From positions 7,564,001 to 7,628,000 of the forward strand of contig CM114271.1 of NCBI GenBank assembly GCA_050084515.1: DNA of 64,000 nt, in the 5' to 3' direction. This document shows positions 51,690-64,000 of this stretch, piece after piece. How positions within the stretch are numbered: the stretch's first letter is position 1; every line of letters starts with the position of its first letter. The DNA comes from Blasia pusilla. Taxonomy: Eukaryota. The notes under the pieces were generated by a model. The model was not told where the DNA came from, ran no database searches, and worked only from the letters and a program-made list of their open reading frames with translations. The position numbers were made by a program, and so were the translations under genes.

Positions 51690-54600
51690 AATTTGCTTCT
51701 GACAGACTCTTGATGAGACCCTTATCTTGGAAGAATGTATCTATTCATTGATACCATACCCTTGGGGATTGATTCAACCCATACAATGCTCGATGAAGTA
51801 AACACACTTTCTCTTTTGATCCAAGTGTCTCAAAACCTGGTGGTTGAGATACATACACCTCCTCCTTGAGACTCCTGTTCGTTTGATGATAATAAGAACG
51901 GACCATTGATATTTGCCACTTGACGAGGCTATCACATTTGAGTAATCGATAGGCCGAGATCTATCGTGGATAGGGCGTAGGAGCCAGCGGACTATCTTGA
52001 GTGTAAATTTGTCCCACGGTGTCGGATGAGGTTGAGGATAGGTCCATTGTGTCAGGAACGTCGTTTCTGACAACTTTCATGTTGAGGTCTTTTACACCTG
52101 GGTGACTTGTTGACCAGGTTATCCGCCCCTGGTAACCTATGCGCGCAGGTTACCAAGGGAAGGGCTGTTTTAAGGGGAAGAGCCTTTTGGCTCTTCCCAA
52201 CCCTATATAAGAGAGGAAGATGGCTTTCCTAAGCCATCTTTCTCATGTTGGGCCATTGGAGCACCTCCTTTGTATGTGTGTGAGATAGGACTAGGGTGCT
52301 AGCGTCCGGATTCCTTGATAGCACAGGGTGGACGAGGCCCGATATGCCGATGTAGATTAAGGAGTGGAGTTTTAGGCCGGGTGTGCCATTTTTTACTACT
52401 CTTTATTTTTACATGAGAAAGATGTTAGGGGGCTGGTGGGAATTTGTTGTTTGCATGTAGGCAAGCGAGTTGCCTTGGTTGGGAGCCCCTGGAGACGCGT
52501 GTGTTGCGTGTGTTTGTCATTTTTCTATTTGGAAGGCCGTGGGCGGAAGCGCTGTCTATTTTTCTCAGATTTTGTTGGCGCACAGGGATTGGGGACAGCG
52601 GCAGAGTGTAGTACGGAGTGGGCGTCGGGTGTACGCAAGTGAGGGTGTCGAGAGAGAGAAGAAAAGAGAGTTAGGGCTTGCAGCCGCCGGGGCGCTGACG
52701 GGCGTTAAGGTCGGCGGGCGCGGACAAACGGCGGCGGACGGGCGGCGACAAAGCTGACGGCGGGGGACGGGCGGCAACAAGCGGACGGCGGACGGCGGAT
52801 GGCGACGGGCAGACACTGGGCGGCAGACGGCTCCCCCCCCGAGGTGGGAGGCGCCCAGAGGAGCGCGCCCCAAGTTTCATGTTGAGGTCTTTTACAGTCG
52901 GGTGACGTGATGACCTGGTCACCCGCCCCTGGTAACGTGTGCGCATAGGTTACCAAGGGGAGGGCTATTTTTAGAGGAAGAGCCTTTTGGCTCTTCCTAA
53001 CCCTATATAAGAGAGGAACATGGCTTTCCTAAGCCATCTTTCTCATGTTGGGCCGTTGGAGCACCTCCCTTGTATGTGTGTGAGATAGGACTAGGATGCT
53101 AGCGTCTGGATTCCTTGATAGCACAGGGTGGACGAGGCTCGATATGCCGATGTAGATTGAGGAGTGGAGTTTTAGGCCGGGTGTGCCGTTTTTTACTACT
53201 CTTTATTTTTGTTGTGTGATCTCCATGTATATGTATGAGTTGATTTTTGTACATGTGTGGATCGACCCATGTGTGGGGAAGATCGGTGTTGTGTGGTGTA
53301 GATGTGACCAGCGATGTATGTTATGTAGCGATATATATGCGCACGACAAGGTTGTTCCTGGGACACCACATCACGATTCATAAGCATCTTCTTTGCCTCA
53401 GGACACCATAGGCGATAAGCTTTAGACTCATCACTGTATCCCATAAAGATGCACTTCCTTCTCTTGGACTCCAGCTTGGTCTGGATGCTTTAGGAATATG
53501 TACAAAGCACTCACTGCCAAAAGTCCTGAAATGTTGGACTGATGGTACCTTACCTAAGTATGATTGATGAGGAATCATGCCTTGCACTAACTTGGTAGCA
53601 CTTTTATTTAGAATGTAAACGGCAGTATTAATAGCTTTAGCCCAAAATCCTTCTGTCAAACCTTTTGCTTTCATCATACATCTTGCCATCTCCACCACTG
53701 TACGATTTTGACGCTCAATAAATCCATTTTGTTGTGGTGTATGTGCCGTGGTTAACTGTCACTTGATTCCATGCTCCCACAAATATTTGTTGAATTTTGT
53801 TGATAAGAATTCTCCTCCTCGATCGATGCGAAGCTTTTGTACCTTCTTTCCTGTCTCATTCTCAACCAGCTTGTGCCATACTTTAAATTTTCCAAAAGCA
53901 CTTGCCTTATCACGAAGGAAATACACCCACATCTTCCTACTAAAATCGCTGACAACTAAAAAGAAGTAGGAAGAACCACCTAATGCCATTGTTCTCATTT
54001 TACCACAAAGATCAACATGAATCAGCTCTAGAGGAGCCTTTGCTCTATTGTTGGACTCTTGTGGAAATGGTTGTCGATATTGCTTGCCCATCATACAAGC
54101 TTCACATGTATTCGACACTCAAAAAATTGTTGGTAAATCAACAACCATGCCAGATTTCTGCATCTGACTCAGTAAGGGAAAGCTTAGGAGACCAAATCTT
54201 TCATGCCACAACTTACAGCTACTAAGATATGTACCTACACTTGTCGTGAAAGCATACAACTCATAGATATTTCCACGTCGTATACCTTCATCCACTACTT
54301 TCCCATTGGCATCCTCAATGACTGCTCCAGTTTTCTTGAAACAAACTTCTAGGTCACGATCACATAATACTACTATTGAAATCAAATTTTGCTTCAACTC
54401 TGGTATGTACAGTACATTAATTAACTTCTTTTCATCGCCTTTTTGTGAGACTAAAGAAATTGTGCCTTTCCCTTCTACAGGGCACTTTGCATTATTCCCC
54501 ACAGTAACAACAATCGCCTCCTGTAGAGGGTGTAAGGAGCTATATCAATCCTTATGATTGGTCATATGCCTAGATGCTCCACTATCGAGAACCCATGCAT

Positions 54601-55520
54601 CTTCACTCTTTCAGTTAGTGGAATATTTTGCCTACATGCAAAACTCTTCGATTGCTACCCAAGCATCTACTACATGTTCTCCTAGTTCTACAGAATTTCC
54701 AGACTCCTTCTTAGGTGTTAAAAAATCGTTCTTCTCATCCTGACTCCTCTTTCTACAATCTTTGATAAGATGACCTAGGTTACCACAACAAAAACATTTG
54801 AAGGCTTTCCTTGGAAATTTCTTCTTGACATTTGAATTGTAATCCTGATTTCTACCTCTCTATATGTTGACAGTAAATGCTGCATCACTTCCCTCTCTTG
54901 GTTTGAAGCGCATTTCCTCTTCTACCAACATTGCACTAAATTGTTCAAAAGTAAGCGGCGTGGATCTTACTTGAGTATTCAATGCAGTGAACAAACTGTC
55001 ATACCTTGGAGGCAAAATCTTTATGCACTGACGTGCCAAATCTTTGCTAGACTTTGAAATTCCTACGGTCGCCATCTGATCTTGAAGATTCTTGATCCTT
55101 GTCAAAAATTGCTCCGCGCTTTCTCCTTCTGAAAATTTCTCGGACGTAAGCTAATTCTCCAGATTTTGAATTCGAGTCTCATTCCTCATTTCATACTGAT
55201 ACTTCAGAATGTTCCATGCCTCAGCAACAATGGTTGAATGAGAGTCATGACAGAATCAGTTGCATTTGTGACAATCGCATATAGAGCATCTGCGTTTCCA
55301 TGCCAGCAATACAACAGGATCGATATCACTAGATGAACATGAACTTGAAGAACTCAAAGTAGCTTGTGGATTCGAATCGACCCCTGTGGCTGTCTCCCAG
55401 ATCTCAAATAATTCGAGGACAGTTCTCATTTGGAACTTCCATAATGTATAGTTAGACCCATCTAACTTCCCTCACCCAGTGGAGGAGGGCGAGCACAAAC
55501 TGACAAATAAGTAGCCATCA
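51690..55520 (-). mobile_element. Fragmented Ty1/Copia (gag, PR and INT at 53366-55520; RT fragment at 51690-51875); LTRs not identified
   Basis: CFCCGNLGHLIKDC, WVLDSGASRHM, LELIHVDLCG, RIDRGGEF, GYSDESKAYRL and EEVYVSQPPGF...RALYGLNQSPRVWY. Confidence 0.88.
52048..53365 (+). mobile_element. 1.3-kb non-coding insertion in the Copia with an internal direct repeat of about 340 bp
   Basis: Ends TGTGTCAGGAAC and GTTCCTGGGACA form a 10/12 inverted match. 52074-52410 is repeated at 52873-53210. Flanks are CCAT and CCAC. Confidence 0.7.
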
Positions 55521-57051
55521 CACGAGTAGAAAATAATAAACATACATTTATCACACGAGGATGTGAAGATGGTATAAAGATTTTAAGATTCTCTTTCTTT
55601 TCAAATGTAGTAAATGTTTAGAAGAGAGATCTAAGTGGACCAAATTGTGAAAAAAACTAAGCTCATTTTTCCAGACCAGGATAGGAAGTTGGAAATGTGA
55701 AGCCCGCTTTGGACCTCCTTATATCAGTCTATGTGTAAGCCACATCAGAGAGTGTTAAGGGTAACAAAGTTCTTACTAAACTATTTGTGTAAGCCAAATT
55801 TACGAGTCAGACAAGGGAGCAAGGATCAGTCTTCTCAAAAGATGGAAATAATGAGAGGAAAAGACATAAATATTCATCCAAGCAACTAGTCGGAATGCAA
55901 CAGGTTGCATGACATGACAAGTAGAGGAAGAGTTGTAAGATATGACTTATCAGAGAGAAGGAAAAAAAAAGGAATGAGAAGAAAGACATGATGTGAGTAA
56001 AACCGAAGGAAATAACCTACCCTACATGTGAAGATATGACAGAAAATCCACTGGTTGCATTCTGATCAAAGGTGAGAAAAAGAAAGATCGAATAAATTTA
56101 ATAGGAGGCAATGATATATATCTGCCACCTGTCGGAATTGACGAGTTGCACATGTACATGCAAGAGAAATATAAGTAAGACATGGATTTTTTGTCATAAA
56201 GATTAGATTTGTAAACATGGATCCACGTGCAACCCGTCAGAATCCGATATGTTTCAAGACATAACAACTAGAGATTTTAGAAGACATCTTCACATCAATA
56301 TGATAAAATCTGCTCAGTCATCATAAAAGCATAGATAGTCCAACTCCCACTCTCACTTGCAACTCGTCGGAATTGGATGGATTGCAAGCCCTACCATCTA
56401 TCCAAAAGAGATTATAAGAGAAAAAAATGGATGTCAATATATCGAAATCCGAAAGTTGCAATAACATCAGTCCATTCAAATGAAGAAAATTTTGTGAAAA
56501 ATATCAAAATCCTTTATTACAATCTGTTTGCAACTCAGATATTTACATTGGATTTCCTGAATTAGAAAATCTAGTCTATGATTTCTTTGGCCTCGTCATC
56601 TACAAAAATGTTCCTAACGCTAATTGGTTCCTATACAAGGCACTTTTATGGGCTATCCATTGGCTCCTCTCCATGATTCTAGATGGAGATTGAGAAATAA
56701 GGAGAATTTGAGCGCCTAGTCCCCCTAAGAACACCGTATCAATCCCATCTGACCCGAAATAAGTCCCAACGTTTGCCTTGACAAATGATCTTGTATGCTC
56801 TGGAAAGGGACACCCATCCATAATCAAATATGTGCTCCTCTGCTTCAAACCAGTACACCCCAGCTCCAAAATGCTTGAAATCCAAAGCACCTACACTCCC
56901 ACTCGTCATCATCAGAGAGCTCTTCTAGAATCACCGATGGCCTTGCCGTTGCAATTTTTGGAATCACAAGTAGTGACGATAGTGTCACCACCAATGGCTC
57001 TCCTGCAGGTTCATTGAGATGTGGAGGCAACTTGTAAACTCCTAGCAACCT

Positions 57052-59803
<2,752 letters not shown>

Positions 59804-62800
59804 TGTCGCGCCCCTACTCTCCTTGAACGTCAATCTTTAGTGTTGCGGAAGCGTGCGTTCAGTAGGTCACGAACTCATCGCCGATCTGCACCCAAACACG
59901 CCCTCTTGTTAGTCGGATTTGGCCAACCGGCGTTCCAACCCACTGAGTCCTCAACTCGGCGTCTCATCAAGCTCAATCTTGCTTAGTTCCTAGTTTCCAA
60001 CACATGGCAAGTCCTTCAAGACTTGGAACAAACTTTCTGGTTAGTCCAAGGATCTGAAACGGCACTTGCGCGCCTAGCGATCCCAACTGTTCAACGGTCC
60101 TCGGGTGAGTTCCGAACTGAGACCCAAGTAATTGAGTCGCGGGGTGGAATCCAAGAGGGATGTCTAAAATCGCCTCACTGGACTTGGTGCAGGTTTTCCA
60201 ACTCAACCCCCAAACTCGCGTTCGTTCAGGTGCCCTTGAGCGCCCGCGGCGCCCAAAGTGGGGTTTGGGTTCCAAGCACTCTCGGAGACCTTCCCCCTTA
60301 CTAGTACTTCTGGGGTTCTCCAATAACCCCTCCCCTTTGGGAAAAGAGGGTCGGGCCCTTCATTGTGGCCCTCAACCCGACTCCACTTACAGTCGTTTTC
60401 GGGTTGTATCTCGGCCACTGCTTATGCGTTTGCAGCAATCTTTGGTGCGTTTGGACCGGCTCTCCATAAGATTTCCAACGCATCCTTATTTTCTCCAAAC
60501 GCATCTTGGCGCTAAAAGTTATGGCCATAAATACATTCGGAAACTCTCAAACGCTAGTGGCGTTCCTAATCCGGATCTTCCTTTTGGCAACCCACTTCCT
60601 AGACTTGACTTCTTTCAAGTCTCATTCCGTGTTTGGTTCAGGTTTCTTAGTCGCGACCATAACACCTGAAACGCGACTCCTCGCTCGCGTCTCATCTCTT
60701 GTCTCCTCTTTGAGACAACTCCAACGCGCAAACCATCTTAGCGTGAGCCCGCTAATGTTCCGATGTTCCGCTTGGCACTTGTTTGGTCATGGGGGTCGCG
60801 ACACTCACCCCTCTTTTAGAGGTTGATGCCCTCATCAACGCAAACTTTTATTATGTCAAGTCTCCTGGGCAGCCTACCCCTTGACATTGAATTGCGTTCT
60901 GGTGGCTAACCCGCAATTCCTCTTAGTCTCTAGTTGTCGCTTTGCCCCACTTAGAATTATTAGCCTCTCATCTTCGATAAGCATGGACTAGTTCCAAGGA
61001 ACTAACCTATCAAATAAGCAAACTAAGTGTGCAACCTTAGACTCTTTCGACTCATTACTGTAAACATCACAACTGTTTACCTGGTCCACAAATCGTACTA
61101 CTATTGGGTCGCTCTCGTATTCGACTTAGGCGCGTCACTAAGTTTACTTATGTGGCCACAAGTAAGATCACCCCAAGCCCCAAGACAGACTTCATCTGCC
61201 CCGCCGATGCTAGGGCGAGCCCGAGTGTAATCCAACACAAGGTCCTGTTCTAGGTGCTTATCCACATACGAGCTCTCACCTCAAATACTCCTTGTCTGTC
61301 CTCTTGTCGTACATTCTAAGTCTATGATGAACGACTCATAGCCATGCACTACCACATATAAATTGCAATCAACACTGGTATCGAATCTCCAAATCCATAC
61401 ACTCCTTTATTGCAACACTAGCATATTCTAGTTACAACGGCCTTCGGCCCAAGATTCCACTGATTACAAGTCATGTCTCTAGCTTCTCCTCGTACTAACG
61501 TATGTGCTTCGCTTGAAGTCACGCAAAAACTCTTGCGCGTGTTCCAAATCCGCCTCCGCAATCCAAGTCGCCTCCTTCACATGGTAGCCCTTCCATTTTA
61601 CCAAGTATTCATACTTGTTGGCCCAACGCCTCGAACGTAAGATGGTCTCCACCTCAAACTCCGGCTCTTCATTTACGATGACCGGGTGCGGTCTCACCAC
61701 CTGTCTCCGCTCGAAACGTCCATTATCTTGAAGATATTTCTTCAACAATGACACATGAAAGGTCGGGTGAATCTTGAACTCGTCCGGCAGCCTCAACGTA
61801 TACACATCCTCAAACAGGTTTGCCACAATCACATACGGTCCAAAGATACTTGGCGGGACCCATGAACAACTCTTTCGGAAGAGTGAGATTCTTTACACTC
61901 AACCACACTTGTTCTCCAACTTGGAATCGTACTTGGTGCCGACTCTTGTTAGCATGCTTAACGTACCTCATTTGAGCCTATGCAAGACTTCGCCTCACGC
62001 GCTCTTCTCGTTCTCGCATCTCTACCAACAAACCTTCTGCCGTCGCTTGTCGTGTTCGTGCCAATGTAGTACCCTTCGAAAGGGCTAGATCAAGAGGCCC
62101 TTCGGCTCGTCGTCCATTTGCCGGAAACGGAGATTCTCCAATTGCGAATGCTTGGTCGAGTTTAAGATTCCGCCATGCTTAGCCACACGACCCAATCGCG
62201 TTGATCAAAGACCGACATAATTCCTCAAATCTTGATTCACGATAGAGTTTACCTTTTCGTCTATCCATCCGTGCGTGGGTGGAAAGCCGTCATGAAACTC
62301 AGTTTGGTCTTAAACCTTGTGAACAAGTGCTTCGAAAGCTAACACTGGTAAACTTTGGATCGATCTGAAACAATGCTCCTCGGCAAACCATGAGCACGCC
62401 ACAGCTATCGAGGAATAGTTGCGCCGCCGATACGCCGTTCGCGGAATCCACCGTCGGCACGAATCTCGCCAACTTGCTAAACCGATCAACAATCACAAGT
62501 ATAGCGTTGTATCCCCCAGATTCCGGGAGACTCGTGATGAAATCCATACTCAAACTTTGCAAGGGTCCTTCGGGGATTGGCAAGGGATGCAGCAAGCCCT
62601 GTTTCTTATCATAAGAGACTCTATTCGCTTGGCAGGTCACGCAGGTCTTCACATATTGAGCAACATCCTCCTTCATGTTGGGCCAAAAGAACCGCTGAAG
62701 ACGAGAGCAGCTAGCGTAGATTTCTCTCCTTTATGTCTTGCCAAGGGCCCGTCGTGACATTCCGCTAACATCTTGGTTCGCGATTCGCCTTGCCCTACAT

Positions 62801-64000
62801 AGATCCTACTCTGTTTGAACCTTAGTAAACCGTGCCTCAAACTTATGTTGGTCACCTTCTCACCACCGCTTCAACTTCCTCAGGTATTCCCCTGCTTGAG
62901 CATCCTTCATATATCCTTCACGAATCCTTCTCTCCAGATCTGTTTCCTTAGGGAACATTGCTCTCAAGACTGTGTCGTCGATGGCATGTGTTCCTCCTTG
63001 CGACTTAACGATCCTGGAATCACATTATCTTTACTTGGCTTGTGGATCAACTCTACATCCATCAACGCCAAGGTATCATGCCACCGCAGTTGTTTCGGTG
63101 TCAATCGATCCTGGGTCTCAAAATACTTGAGTGATATATTATCGGTGAATACTCGAGTCCTGTGGAGCCCTAGATAATGCCGCCACTTCCTCAAGCAATG
63201 TACCACCGCGAACAACTCTTTCTCGTGAGTAGTCCATCTCCTTCGGTGTCGCTAAGCTTCTTGCTCTCATATGCCACCGGTCTCCCTTCTTGCACCAACA
63301 TTCCGCAATCGCGAAATCACTAGCATCGGTATGCCGAATGGTTTGTCAAACTCGACTTTAACACTTTGGTTCGTGCGATAGAATCGCTTCACTCGGTTGA
63401 ATGCCTCATTAACTTCCTGGGTCCAAGTCGTGTTGGCAAACTTTGCTGTCCAATCCGTGAGAGGTCTCACAATTCCCGAAAAGTTTTTCACATAAGTACG
63501 ATAAAATTACACCGCACCTATGAACCTCCTCATCCCCTTTACAGTGGATGGGGGTTCCCACTCGGAAATCGCCTTTACCTTTTCCATGTCTGGACTGACG
63601 CCATCTGCATTGACCACGTGACCCAAGAATTTGATCTTACTCAAACCAAATTCGCTCTTCTCTACATTCGCATACAGCTGACTTGCCCTTAGCTTAGACA
63701 AGACCGCTCTCACATGTCGAACGTGCTCCTCTAGTGACTTCGAATAGATAAGTATGTCATCGATATAGATGATAACATACTCATCCATTTCCTTTTGAAA
63801 AATGGAGTTCATCAATGTGGTGAACGTTGGAGGCGCGTTACATAGACCGAAAGGCATCACTACAAACTCAAAGGAAACGTATCTCGTCCTGCACGCAGTC
63901 TTCTCCACATCTGCCTCGGCAATCCGAATCTGGTAATATCCTGACTTCAAGTCAATCCTACAGAAATATCTCGCGCCTGCCAACCTATCAAAGAGATCAT
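59804..64000 (-). mobile_element. Chromovirus-type Ty3/Gypsy, 3' part (3' LTR at 59804-60803)
   Basis: LTR TGTCGCG...CGCGACA, PPT AAAAGAGGGGTGAG, and RT-RH-INT-chromodomain order. Confidence 0.95.
61479..64000 (-). pseudogene. pol: RT, RNase H, integrase and chromodomain (frameshifted)
   Basis: IDLKSGYYQ, VMPFGLCNAP, YIDDILIYS, SMDFITSLP, IHPTFHVSLLK and FEVETIL...YLVKWKGY...TW. Confidence 0.93.

Overview
This is a eukaryotic window made almost entirely of nested, mostly degenerate transposable elements. It looks plant-type; a non-seed land plant is a guess. No intact host gene is supported. The standout is a Ty3/Gypsy-type retroelement family present twice (1-6333, cut by the window edge; about 35366-46217). 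Its pol region carries a DNMT3-like cytosine-5 DNA methyltransferase domain after the protease, with motifs I, II, IV (GWPCQG), VI (ENV), VIII, IX and X readable. In copy 2 a PHD finger also follows the integrase. The ends of this family are not a conventional LTR pair. Other elements are: a complete old Copia (11551-16818); a 30.6-kb CACTA element (18133-48751, TTA TSD) hosting a LINE that is itself split by a young Gypsy (22503-33163); two more CACTA ends; three pieces of a chromodomain Gypsy family; a fragmented second Copia; and several satellite and microsatellite arrays. There are also remnants of an OFA-type MFS transporter and of FCP1/NIF-like domains. All domain calls come from manual motif reading, not database searches.
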